Source of the DNA: Hormoscilla sp.
Lineage (GTDB): Bacteria; Cyanobacteriota; Cyanobacteriia; Cyanobacteriales; Desertifilaceae
Length of the DNA stretch: 54,246 nucleotides
Direction of reading: 5' to 3'
NCBI GenBank assembly: GCA_051439505.1
Contig: JBFRWI010000092.1
Span: 1-54,246, forward strand
Of the stretch, positions 28,929 to 38,800 are shown piece by piece. The number at the start of each line of letters is the position of its first letter. The first letter of the stretch is position 1. Made by a program: the position numbers and the translations under genes. The notes under the pieces are model-generated. The model did no database searches, had not been told where the DNA came from, and saw nothing but the letters and a program-made list of their open reading frames with translations.

Positions 28929-29047
28929 TTGTTCTGGTTGACTACAATTTGAATAATGAAGCGATTATACTTTCTGGAATTATTAGACATTCAAACAATA
29001 TCAGTAGGGGCACGGCATCAGTCAATCAGTGGGCACAACCCGCATGA
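28925..29047 (+). pseudogene. Truncated PIN-like (DUF5615-type) toxin remnant
   Basis: ATGA overlap with DUF433. MIVLVDYNLNNEAIILSGI resembles the N-terminus of the usual partner toxin, then the frame runs into a GTAGGGGCACGGC repeat. Confidence 0.6.
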
Positions 29048-29679
29048 TTGATATTGCCGTGCCCCGGATGGATATTCGCGATCGGGTATTCGGGTGCGAT
29101 CGCATGTGTTAACCGTTCGGGGGGCGATCGGGTGGGGTCGGGACACGGCGCAAGCTTATTGATATGCTGGGAACCGATAATCTGCTGATGCCGTGTCCCT
29201 ACAAAACATTCGCGATCGCATTATGGGGTGCGATCGCCTGTGTTGACCGTTCGGAGGGCGATCGGGTGGGGTCGGGACACGGCGCAAGCTTATTGATATG
29301 CTGGGAACCGATAATCTATTGATGCCGTGTCCCTACAAAACCTTCGCGATCGGGTTTGGGGCGATCGCCTGTGGGTTGCGATCGGTGCGTTCGGGGCGCG
29401 ATCGCGTGGGTGCTCAGAAACCGGGTTTCTTTGTAAAATATGGGGTCAGGATGCCAAAATTATCGCAGAAACCCGGTTTCTTGCTGCCATGTTTTTAGTC
29501 GGTTTCAACCGACTTTAGCTATTAGCCGGGGGTTTGAACCCCCGGCGGGCTAACAACGAAGCGAAAGAATTAAATTTGACAAATTCGCATTTTTAGACGA
29601 GGATGAAACCTATGGGTGGAAAACAGTGCCTATAGGCAGGCAACCACCGGTGAATCCATCCCCATCCCAGAAAATAACC

Positions 29680-31284
29680 GTGAACAAGTCCGTATTTGCC
29701 CAGGAACGTCTTACCTTTACCCCGGCCACCCCGGACCCTGATGCCATACCCGTAATCTACGCTTTCCCCAACGAGTACAGCGTGGGCATCACCAGTCTGG
29801 GATATCAGGCCATCTGGGCAATGTTGGCAATGCGCCCCGACCTACAAGTAGCCCGTCTATTCACCGATGCTAGGGAACCATTGCCCTCGGCACCGGAATT
29901 AGTCGGCTTCTCCCTCTCCTGGGAATTGGACTATGCTCATATTCTCAGTTTGCTGGAATTCCTGGATATTCCCCGGCGTGCTGCCCGACGGGGCGATCGC
30001 CATCCCTTGGTCTTCGGTGGGGGACCGGTGTTAACCGCTAATCCCGAACCCTTTGCCGATTTCTTTGATATCATCTTGCTGGGAGATGGGGAAAACCTGC
30101 TTCCCAATTTTATCGATGCTTACAAGCAAGTCCGCTTTTCTGACCGACTCTCTCAGTTGCACCAGCTAGCAAAGGTTCCAGGGGTCTATGTTCCCAGTTT
30201 ATATGAGGTAGTTTACCAGGATGTTCGGGGCCCGATCGCATCTATAACTCCGGTCAGCAAAGAGGTTCCCGCCCAGGTGGAAAAGCAGACTTACCGAGGC
30301 AATACCCTCTTGGCATCAACGGTAGTAACGGCAAAAGCAGCTTGGGAAAACATCTATATGGTAGAAGTGGTGCGAAGCTGTCCGGAAATGTGCCGCTTTT
30401 GCCTGGCCAGTTACCTCACCCTGCCCTTCCGGACCGCAAGTATAGCAGGAAACCTGATGCCCGCGATCGCGAAAGGATTAGCAGTCACGAACCGACTGGG
30501 TTTACTGGGACCATCTGTCACCCAGCATCCCGAATTTTCCGACTTACTAGACTATCTCAGTCAGCCCGAATACGATAACCTGAGATTGAGTATTGCCTCA
30601 GTCCGGACCAATACCGTAACCGAGAAGTTAGCCCAAACCCTAGCAAAGCGCCAGACAAGTTCCATAACTATAGCAGTAGAAACAGGTTCGGCAAGACTGC
30701 GGGAAATCATCAACAAAAAACTCCAGCAATCAGAAATACTCCAAGCGGCGGTCAATGCCAAAGCCGGAGGATTAAAAGGGATGAAACTTTATGGCATGGT
30801 AGGGATACCGGGGGAGGAACCCGCAGATCTAGAAGCAACCATAGAAATGATGCGGCAGATCAAAAAATCCGCGCCAGGGTTGCGCTTAACCCTGGGATGC
30901 AGTACCTTTGTTCCCAAGGCCCACACCCCCTTTCAATGGTTGGGAGTAAACAAACTAGCCAAAAAACGACTGCAATTATTACAGAAAGAAATGGGACGCC
31001 TGTCCATTGAGTTCCGTCCCGAGAGTTATAATTGGTCTGTCATCCAGGCCCTCATGGCCAGGGGCGATCGGCGTCTGTCCCATCTGCTAGAATTAACCAG
31101 AGAATATGGTGATTCCCTGGGGGCGTACCGCCGGGCCTTCAAGGAATTGCGAGGCCAACTGCCAGATTTAGAATACTACGTCCACGATCATTGGGATTTA
31201 GCACAGATCTTACCCTGGCATCACCTGCAAGGACCGCTACCCCTAGCAACATTACAGAAACATCTAACTAATGCTACAATTTGA
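29680..31284 (+). CDS. B12-binding-domain radical SAM protein
   Basis: AFPNEYSVGITSLG, GGPVLTANPEP, CPEMCRFC (CxxxCxxC) and FVPKAHTPFQW. GTG start assumed; the ORF is open from 29626. Confidence 0.92.
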   Translation: MNKSVFAQERLTFTPATPDPDAIPVIYAFPNEYSVGITSLGYQAIWAMLAMRPDLQVARLFTDAREPLPSAPELVGFSLSWELDYAHILSLLEFLDIPRRAARRGDRHPLVFGGGPVLTANPEPFADFFDIILLGDGENLLPNFIDAYKQVRFSDRLSQLHQLAKVPGVYVPSLYEVVYQDVRGPIASITPVSKEVPAQVEKQTYRGNTLLASTVVTAKAAWENIYMVEVVRSCPEMCRFCLASYLTLPFRTASIAGNLMPAIAKGLAVTNRLGLLGPSVTQHPEFSDLLDYLSQPEYDNLRLSIASVRTNTVTEKLAQTLAKRQTSSITIAVETGSARLREIINKKLQQSEILQAAVNAKAGGLKGMKLYGMVGIPGEEPADLEATIEMMRQIKKSAPGLRLTLGCSTFVPKAHTPFQWLGVNKLAKKRLQLLQKEMGRLSIEFRPESYNWSVIQALMARGDRRLSHLLELTREYGDSLGAYRRAFKELRGQLPDLEYYVHDHWDLAQILPWHHLQGPLPLATLQKHLTNATI

Positions 31285-31717
31285 ACGTTCAACTTTAATT
31301 AATGCCCCCGTCGAAGTAGTGTGGAACTTTCACGAGAGATCCGATATCCTGGAAATTCTCACGCCCCCCTGGCAACCGGTGCAAGTCATCCGCCGGGAAG
31401 GAGGACTACAAATAAACGCTATTTCCGAATTTAGAATATTCATCGGACCATTTCCCGTACAATGGATAGCCCGCCATACTGAATGCCAGCAGTATCGGAT
31501 ATTTACCGACGAACAGATTGCTGGACCGATGCAGTCCTGGGTGCATCAACATCAATTTACCACAGAGAATGGCAAAACTCGGTTAACAGATACAATTAAA
31601 TTCGAGATGCCAGGAGGATGGTTAGTAGAATTGCTCTTGGGTTGGTGGGTAAAAGCCAGATTATCAGATATGTTTCGCTATCGCCACGAAGTCACCCAAA
31701 GAGAATGTGAATTGTGA
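31271..31717 (+). CDS. SRPBCC family protein
   Basis: INAPVEVVWNFH, LTPPW, FTDEQIAGP, WVHQHQF and MFRYRH. Confidence 0.9.
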   Translation: MLQFERSTLINAPVEVVWNFHERSDILEILTPPWQPVQVIRREGGLQINAISEFRIFIGPFPVQWIARHTECQQYRIFTDEQIAGPMQSWVHQHQFTTENGKTRLTDTIKFEMPGGWLVELLLGWWVKARLSDMFRYRHEVTQRECEL

Positions 31718-32014
31718 ATTGTGAATTTAAAATGGAGAAGGTAGAATTGCTAAAATAATAGTCTGTAGGTTGGGTTGAGGCACGAAACCCAACAACCAAC
31801 AACTTGAGTTTGGCGTTGCACTCTCTGGTAAAAGTATGATGTTCGCCCATTATGGGTAATAGGATTTTGTCAAAACAATGCTACAATTCCTTCAGACATA
31901 ATTTATTAGTCGGTTTTAACCGACTTCAGCTATTAGCCGGGGGTTTGAACCCCCGGCGGACTAACAGGGAAGTGAGATAAATTTCGCGCCAGGAGTATAG
32001 TAACATTAACTAAG

Positions 32015-32203
32015 ATGGAAAATACAGCTAAATATATCTGTGCCTATTGCGGCGAAGCAAATTACACCTTTATAGATATTAGTGCTGGTGGACAACAATC
32101 CTATATAGAAGATTGTCAAGTGTGCTGTCATCCAAATCAGTTGTACGTGCGCGTGGACGAAGCAACCCTAGAGATTGAAATTGATACGGAATATGTAGAA
32201 TGA
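32015..32203 (+). CDS. CPXCG-motif cysteine-rich small protein
   Basis: CAYCGE...YIEDCQVCCHPN. Confidence 0.88.
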   Translation: MENTAKYICAYCGEANYTFIDISAGGQQSYIEDCQVCCHPNQLYVRVDEATLEIEIDTEYVE

Positions 32204-32270
32204 AATCAAAATTAAGAAACCCGGTTTTTTGGCAAGACCGGGTTTCTGGGTAAAAAAGTGAGATGAGAAA

Positions 32271-32942
32271 TTATTGCCCAGAGGCCGGGGCCCCCTGCAT
32301 ATTTTCATCTCCAGGTAAGGGAGGACGGAATGCGAGATATCCGGCAGCACCCAGGATCGGAACTAAAGCTACTGCCCAGAAAATGCGAGCATCCTTTAAG
32401 CCCCGACGCGCCATGTCATCGCCCAGAAGCAATGGGAACAGTAACCACAGCAAGCAAAAATCCCAACTCATGACGTGGATAAAACGGCTAGTTTGCCATT
32501 GTTGCACGAAATCTCCCCAATTTCCAGCGATAATACCGTAAACTAAGAGAACCAGGGCCCCCAAAAAGGCGATCGCCCCCGTGAGGCGACTATCGGCCAG
32601 GTTTACGACCAAGTTCTTTTCTCCAGTAAACTGTGAGTGAGGTTGGCGCCAGGCCAGATAGGGCAATAAAGCAAATGCCCCCAGGGCGAAGGAGGCCAAA
32701 GCGAAGGGCCATGCAGGCAACTTCTGTCCCCGGCCATCAACCAGCAGTACGCAGCCGTAAATTAACGGCCAAATGCCCATCAGATTGAACAAAGCTATAA
32801 TGAGGGGGTTAATCCCCGCCCATTTGCCACTTGACAGATTGACAATCAGCTGTATAGTATCGGGATGAGAGTCCGGTGCCAGCAGAAAAGCATAGCTGAC
32901 GAAGGCCGCCCAGAGGCATAGCAATCCGATTTTTCCGATCAT
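32271..32942 (-). CDS. Conserved membrane protein (DUF2834-like)
   Basis: Multi-TM; LFNLMGIWP, ALLPYLAWR, SRFIHVMSWDF and DDMARRG. Confidence 0.8.
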   Translation of the reverse strand: MIGKIGLLCLWAAFVSYAFLLAPDSHPDTIQLIVNLSSGKWAGINPLIIALFNLMGIWPLIYGCVLLVDGRGQKLPAWPFALASFALGAFALLPYLAWRQPHSQFTGEKNLVVNLADSRLTGAIAFLGALVLLVYGIIAGNWGDFVQQWQTSRFIHVMSWDFCLLWLLFPLLLGDDMARRGLKDARIFWAVALVPILGAAGYLAFRPPLPGDENMQGAPASGQ

Positions 32943-33069
32943 TTGATAGATGAGTGAGGTAAGGACAATAGATTAAGATTAAATTATTATATATGTAGAT
33001 TGTTGTGAAGTAGTGTTGAGGAGCTATAGACGGTATGAGGGTGGAAAAGTATTATAGGAGCGATCGGAC

Positions 33070-34995
33070 ATGAACAACTCACCTGCGAAAACTGGAGTTT
33101 TATTAATTGTAGATGACGACATTGCCAACTTACAAGTCCTATCCAAATTTTTGAAGGAGGCGGGATTTCAAGTCAGGGTAGCACGGAACGGGGATCAGGC
33201 GATCGAGACAGTAAAATACGAACAGCCAGATCTGATATTATTAGATGTGATGATGCCGGGAATGGACGGATTTGAAGTCTGCCAGCGGCTAAAAACCGAT
33301 CCGTCAACCCAGGACATTCCGATAATTTTCATGACGGCCCTGGACGAGTCAATAGATAAAGTCAAAGGTCTGAATATGGGGGCAGTCGATTACATCACTA
33401 AGCCATTCCAGCAACAGGAAGTGTTAGCGCGCATCAAAATTCATACTAAAATCTATTGGTTGACTAAAAAACTTGAAAAGAAAAATCAACTGCTGCAACA
33501 GGAAATAGAGTCGAGAAAAAAGGCAGAAAATGCCAACGAAGCGAAAAGCCAATTCCTGGCGCAAATGAGTCACGAACTGCGTACTCCTCTAAATATCATC
33601 CTCGGGTTTGCCCAAGTAATGAACCGCGATCGCTCTCTAGGTAAAGAGCAGCAGGAGAACCTGGAAGTGATTACTAGCAGTGGCGAGCATTTGCTAGAGT
33701 TGATTGAAGATATTTTGTCAATGTCGAAAATCGATTCAGGCAGGATGACTCTTAACATCAATAGCTTCGACCTGCATTATCTATTAGACTCTCTGGAAGA
33801 AATGTTTCAAATTTCATCTGCAGCTAAAGGTTTGCAGCTCATTTTCGATCGCGAAGAATATCTGCCCCAATACATAGAAACAGATGAAGGTAAATTGCGG
33901 CAAGTGTTGATCGACCTGCTGGACAATGCGATTAAATTTACCGAAGCAGGCCGGGTAATATTACGGGTAAAAGTTGAAGGAAAAATGCTCATGTATACGG
34001 GCATGAGAAAGATGGCGATCGCCTTTGAAGTCGAAGATACGGGGCCCGGAGTCTCCCCAGATCAAATTGAAGAATTATTTCAGCCATTTGTGCAAAAAAT
34101 GAACGTAGAATTTCAATCAGGTACGGGTTTGGGATTGGCCATTAGCAGAGAATATGTCCGCCTGATGGGAGGATCTCTTACGGCGAGTAATGTCATAAAA
34201 AATCGGGGAGCAGTTTTTAAGTTTTATATCCAGGCGCATCTGGCATCCGAGTCTGCGATCGAGTATCAGCAGCAGTTGAGGCGAGTGATTGGTATGGCCC
34301 CAGAACAACCAGGATATCGCATCTTGGTGGCTGAGGATAAATGGGAAAACCGTCAATTGCTCGTCAAGTTGTTTTCCTCAGTAGGCTTGGAAGTCCGGTC
34401 GGCTGAAAATGGTAGAGAAGCTGTCGATCTGTGGTCGGAGTTTGCACCCCATTTGATTTGGATGGATATGCAGATGCCAGTCATGAATGGGTATGAGGCG
34501 ACCAAGGAGATTAAATCCCAACTAAAAGGTCAGGCCACTGTGATTATTGCCATGACTGCTCAGAATTTCTCGGACGATCGGGCAACGGTCCTGGATGCTG
34601 GTTGCGACGACTTCATACAAAAGCCCTTCCAGGAAGGAACGCTGTTTAAAAAGATGGCTCAACATTTAGGTGTAAATTATATCTATGAAGAGAAAGTTCC
34701 CAGCACCTCATCCCAGACTGCTCCGGAATTGACTTCGGACGATCTGAGGGTGATGCCTGCCGAGTGGATAGCCCAGCTAGATCGGGCGGCACTGGAATTG
34801 GATGACGAGATGCTTTTCCGGCTAATGGAGCAAATTCCCGAATCAAATGCTTCTCTGGTTAATGGTCTCAAGGACTTAGTGCAAAACTTTCGGTTTGACA
34901 CGATCATTGATTTAGCCGAACAAGCTATTGCCAGCGATCGGGAAGCAGGAAGTGCAGGGGAAGAAAATCGGCTTGACAAAGAAAAAGATTTATAA
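33070..34995 (+). CDS. Hybrid sensor histidine kinase (REC-HisKA-HATPase-REC)
   Basis: LLDVMMPGMDG, SHELRTPL, NAIKFT, DTGPG, GTGLGL and WMDMQMP. Confidence 0.95.
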   Translation: MNNSPAKTGVLLIVDDDIANLQVLSKFLKEAGFQVRVARNGDQAIETVKYEQPDLILLDVMMPGMDGFEVCQRLKTDPSTQDIPIIFMTALDESIDKVKGLNMGAVDYITKPFQQQEVLARIKIHTKIYWLTKKLEKKNQLLQQEIESRKKAENANEAKSQFLAQMSHELRTPLNIILGFAQVMNRDRSLGKEQQENLEVITSSGEHLLELIEDILSMSKIDSGRMTLNINSFDLHYLLDSLEEMFQISSAAKGLQLIFDREEYLPQYIETDEGKLRQVLIDLLDNAIKFTEAGRVILRVKVEGKMLMYTGMRKMAIAFEVEDTGPGVSPDQIEELFQPFVQKMNVEFQSGTGLGLAISREYVRLMGGSLTASNVIKNRGAVFKFYIQAHLASESAIEYQQQLRRVIGMAPEQPGYRILVAEDKWENRQLLVKLFSSVGLEVRSAENGREAVDLWSEFAPHLIWMDMQMPVMNGYEATKEIKSQLKGQATVIIAMTAQNFSDDRATVLDAGCDDFIQKPFQEGTLFKKMAQHLGVNYIYEEKVPSTSSQTAPELTSDDLRVMPAEWIAQLDRAALELDDEMLFRLMEQIPESNASLVNGLKDLVQNFRFDTIIDLAEQAIASDREAGSAGEENRLDKEKDL

Positions 34996-35039
34996 GAGAG
35001 TGTAATAGTTAAGGGTTCAGGAGAGTAAAAAATACGACA

Positions 35040-35375
35040 ATGGATGTCCAGAGTGTAAAATATGGGATAGTCATGGTAACGGCGGGTTCCCGTTCAGAGG
35101 CAGAGGCGATCGCGTCGGGTCTAGTAGAGGCGAAACTAGCGGCCTGTGTCAGCATCACTCCCATTCACTCCATCTACAGCTGGGAAGGTAAAATAGAATC
35201 GGGAGAGGAATGGCAACTGACGATCAAAACCGACTTAGGTCAATTTGCGGCCCTAGAATCCCAAGTCAGACAGCTGCATTCCGACGAAGTCCCCGAAATC
35301 ATTGCCCTGCCCCTAGCAACCGGTTCTCAACCATACTTGGAGTGGATATCGGCAAATGTGGTCGATCGCAATTAG
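35040..35375 (+). CDS. cutA: Divalent-cation tolerance protein CutA
   Basis: LVEAKLAACV, SIYSWEGKI and HSDEVPEIIALP. Confidence 0.93.
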   Translation: MDVQSVKYGIVMVTAGSRSEAEAIASGLVEAKLAACVSITPIHSIYSWEGKIESGEEWQLTIKTDLGQFAALESQVRQLHSDEVPEIIALPLATGSQPYLEWISANVVDRN

Positions 35376-35475
35376 CTTGCAGAAATAGCAATGCAAGGCT
35401 ACCGCATGTCCCTATCTGATCCGATCGGGCTTAAGGACTTTCTCAATGCAATAATTTTGAATTTACCAATTGCTT

Positions 35476-36963
35476 ATGGCTTCTTTAACAACAGACCATG
35501 CCCCATCTACTAATCTCCCCTATGACCGTCAAGGTTGGAGTAGAGGCTACGAATCTCAGCGCCATGAATATGATTATTGGATAGATGAGGTAGAAGGGCA
35601 AATTCCGCCAGAGTTGCACGGAACCTTGTTCCGGAATGGACCGGGCCTGCTGGATATCAACGGTCAAAGGATCGCCCATCCCTTTGATGGAGACGGGATG
35701 GTAAGCGCGATCGGGTTCCGTGACGGACGGGCCCATTACCGCAACCGCTTCGTCCGGACAGAAGGGTTCCAAGCAGAACAGAAAGCGGGAAAAATCCTCT
35801 ATCGGGGGGTTTTTGGCACCCAAAAGCCCGGCGGTTGGCTGGCCAATGCCTTTGACATCAAAGGTAAAAATATTGCCAACACCAATATCATCTACTGGGG
35901 CGGGAAACTGCTGGCACTGTGGGAAGGCGGAAAACCCCATCGTTTAGACCCCCACAGCCTAGAGACCCTGGGGATAGAGGATTTAGATGGTATCTTACAA
36001 AAGGGTGATGCCTTTGCCGCCCATCCCCGGATAGACCCCACTGGCAACAATGGCCAACCTTGTCTGGTAAATTTTGCCATTACGCCTCATGGTCTTTCCA
36101 GCACCATTAGCATCTTTGAATTAGACCTGGCGGGAAAACTCCTGCGGCGTCACAACCATAGCATCGGCGGCTTCGCGTTTATCCACGACTTTGCCATTAC
36201 CCCCAACTACTATATATTTTGCCAAAATGCTGTTAACTTCAATCCCCTGCCATTCCTATTGGGAATGCGTGGTGCTGGTGAATGTATAGAATTTCAGCCC
36301 CAGCAACCTGCTAAGATTATTGTCATTCCGAGGAATGGATCGGAACCAGTACAAATTTACGAAACCCAATCAGGTTTTATCTTTCACCATGCCAATGCCT
36401 TTGAAGAAGGGGACACAATTACAATAGATTCTATTTGCTACGAATCTCTGACTCAAGTAGAACTAGGTACAGATTTTCGGGAAGTAGATTTTGACGCCTT
36501 AGCACCGGGTCAATTGTGGCGCTTTGAGCTGAACCGGAACAGCCAAACAGTGCAGCGTCAATTGTTAGAAAGTCGCGGTTGTGAGTTTCCCTTTGTGCAT
36601 CCCCAACGAGTGGGACGGCCTTACCGCTATCTGTTTATCGGTGCTGCTCATCAGGCTAGCGGAAATGCGCCCCTGCAAGCTATACTCAAGATTGACTGGA
36701 TGTCAGGGGAACGGCAACTCTGGAGTGCTGCACCCCAAGGCTTTATGAGCGAACCGATTTTTGTGCCTCGTCCTGGTGCTGCCTCCGAAGATGATGGCTG
36801 GGCGATCGCTCTGGTGTATGATAGTGAGCATCACCGCTCTGACGTGGTGATAATGGATGCCCGTGACTTGAACAAAGGACCAGTGGCTCTGCTACACTTA
36901 AAGCATCATATTCCCTATGGGTTGCACGGTAGCTTTACTTCGGAGTGGTTCGGTCCGCAATGA
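35476..36963 (+). CDS. Carotenoid cleavage oxygenase (apocarotenoid oxygenase-like)
   Basis: LFRNGPG, HPFDGDGM, AAHP, FIHDF, FHHANA, SEPIFVP and PYGLHGSF, providing four His iron ligands. Confidence 0.93.
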   Translation: MASLTTDHAPSTNLPYDRQGWSRGYESQRHEYDYWIDEVEGQIPPELHGTLFRNGPGLLDINGQRIAHPFDGDGMVSAIGFRDGRAHYRNRFVRTEGFQAEQKAGKILYRGVFGTQKPGGWLANAFDIKGKNIANTNIIYWGGKLLALWEGGKPHRLDPHSLETLGIEDLDGILQKGDAFAAHPRIDPTGNNGQPCLVNFAITPHGLSSTISIFELDLAGKLLRRHNHSIGGFAFIHDFAITPNYYIFCQNAVNFNPLPFLLGMRGAGECIEFQPQQPAKIIVIPRNGSEPVQIYETQSGFIFHHANAFEEGDTITIDSICYESLTQVELGTDFREVDFDALAPGQLWRFELNRNSQTVQRQLLESRGCEFPFVHPQRVGRPYRYLFIGAAHQASGNAPLQAILKIDWMSGERQLWSAAPQGFMSEPIFVPRPGAASEDDGWAIALVYDSEHHRSDVVIMDARDLNKGPVALLHLKHHIPYGLHGSFTSEWFGPQ

Positions 36964-37009
36964 AATCGGCACTGGGCCATGATAGTAGATTAGCCATTAG
37001 CGATTAACC

Positions 37010-37954
37010 ATGAAATTCAGCATAGTTATCTCCACCTATAACCGCTTATCTTTATTGCGACGGGCTATTGACTCAGCCTTGTCCCAGACTGTACCCTGCG
37101 AGGTAGTTGTAGCCGATGACTGTTCTACGGATGGGACGGAAGCTTACGTCCGCAGTTTGGACCCGCCCATCATCTACCACCGCAACTCTGTTAACAGCGG
37201 TCATGCTGCTACGGTCAATGCTGGAGTACAAGCATCTGCTGGAGACTGGATCAAATTCGTCGATGATGATGACTATCTGGCCCCCAATTGTATCGAGGAG
37301 TTTGCTTGGGCGATCGCCCTCCATCCGGAAGCAGTAATTGCCTCTTGCCAAGCGGCGCAAGTGGACATTAATGAAGTCGAACTGAGTCGAACGCGCCAAA
37401 CTGGACCAGGACGCGCTTTCTCTATTCAGCAGGAAGACATTCATTATGGAATGCTGCTAGAATTAGTTCCCTTTGGCACCCCCATTCAGGTTGCTTGTCA
37501 GCGGGATGCCTTTTTGAAATCTGGAGGTTGGGACTCCAGTCTAGATGCCAACTGCGACGATATCGACTCCTGGATTAAAATTGCCCAGTTCGGCGATGCC
37601 GTTTTTCTGAATCAATGCCTTGCCTACCGCACAGTTTGGCCTGGGGCTTATAACCAAAAGTTTTCTTTGCAAAAGCGTGTAGAGACAAATATCTTGATCA
37701 AGGAAAAAATCCACGCCTTAGTTAATGAAAAGCACCGGAAATATATTCCCGAGATGCCAGATATCCGAGATTATCTCCAGCTACATTGGAGTATTGTAGC
37801 CGTCAAGCAAAAGCAGTTAAAAAATGCTCTGCAAATGGCATTTCCGTCGGCATTTTCGCCAAATGCTTGGAGGCTATTCATAGCTGCGGCAAGATCTCGT
37901 AAGCAGCAAGGGGGAAACGATCGTCTGCCTAAACAGGAGTTGATTAGTTGTTAG
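37010..37954 (+). CDS. Glycosyltransferase family 2
   Basis: SIVISTYNR, VADDCSTDGT and FVDDDD. Confidence 0.92.
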   Translation: MKFSIVISTYNRLSLLRRAIDSALSQTVPCEVVVADDCSTDGTEAYVRSLDPPIIYHRNSVNSGHAATVNAGVQASAGDWIKFVDDDDYLAPNCIEEFAWAIALHPEAVIASCQAAQVDINEVELSRTRQTGPGRAFSIQQEDIHYGMLLELVPFGTPIQVACQRDAFLKSGGWDSSLDANCDDIDSWIKIAQFGDAVFLNQCLAYRTVWPGAYNQKFSLQKRVETNILIKEKIHALVNEKHRKYIPEMPDIRDYLQLHWSIVAVKQKQLKNALQMAFPSAFSPNAWRLFIAAARSRKQQGGNDRLPKQELISC

Positions 37955-37961
37955 TTTTTTA

Positions 37962-38462
37962 TCAATAGATGATTAAATGTTTATCTGTGGAGGATGAGGC
38001 AGTTTGAGGGGTAGCTGCTTTAGTTCCGTTTGACAGCTTGCCACCAAAACTGCCTTCACCGTTGAGGGTTGCCAATTCCAGAACTTTCGCTGCTGCATTA
38101 ATTTTGTCTGCTGTCGAAGCGTTGGGGTCGTCAATTACAGTTTCGAGTACTTCCATCGCTTTAATGGCTAGATTGTACAATCGTTCCCGCAGTGCGTTAT
38201 CGTTATCTTTGAGGATGTTATTAACAGCGGCAACAAACTCGGGCTGTTGTCTCCAGCGAGCAATTGTCAGTTCTGATAGCCTCATCTTCTTGGCTATTTC
38301 TCGTGCCGTGTGCCCGGTGGCTAGCAACTCAGCCACTTGCTGTTGAATTTCTGACATTGGCATTACCTTGACAGCGTTTTCGCCGTTGTCAGGGTTTGGG
38401 GAAACATTGGCAGTAATATCGCCGTTGTCAAGGTTTGCTGACATGGTCTCGTTGCTAGTCAT
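37962..38462 (-). CDS. Helix-turn-helix protein (phage small-terminase/phBC6A51-like)
   Basis: AELLATGHTAREIAKKMRLSELTIARWRQQPEF followed by AMEVLETVID and KINAAAKVLE. Confidence 0.65.
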   Translation of the reverse strand: MTSNETMSANLDNGDITANVSPNPDNGENAVKVMPMSEIQQQVAELLATGHTAREIAKKMRLSELTIARWRQQPEFVAAVNNILKDNDNALRERLYNLAIKAMEVLETVIDDPNASTADKINAAAKVLELATLNGEGSFGGKLSNGTKAATPQTASSSTDKHLIIY

Positions 38463-38800
38463 GGGTTTACCAGGGTTGGTCCTGCATATGGCGATCGCCC
38501 GATCGCTGCTGCTATACTATAACTACTCAAACTACTTCTGTTATTTCGCTCATCCCAGGTCGAATCCGGTCATAATCAAATTATTCTGCCCATACCGCAC
38601 CACTCAACCGGAGATTTTTCTTAATATTACTTTATATGTTTGACACAGCGAGCAACATATGTTATAATTACCGATTAACATGGGCAAGACTCCGGTGCCG
38701 ATAGGAAGTGTGCGACGGAGCGCTAGGGACCGCGCCGCAGGATCGCCCTTTGGCCAATGTCGCCGTCGCACAACAGTATATCTCATTCAACCCACTAGGG

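Larger units (their letters stand above)
28370..29350. repeat. Three ~130-bp direct repeats containing the GGGACACGGC...GCCGTGTCCCTAC hairpin
   Basis: Copies at about 28370-28500, 29105-29230 and 29240-29350. Confidence 0.85.

Noticed and set aside
28370..29350. CRISPR-like repeat-spacer pattern
   Set aside because: The sequence between the palindromic arms is itself repeated, and the units are about 130 bp.
27947..29518. Short ORFs 27947-28210, 28218-28427, 29298-29498 and 29327-29518
   Set aside because: They are translations of REP-like repeats (QKPGF/ETRFL words), not genes.
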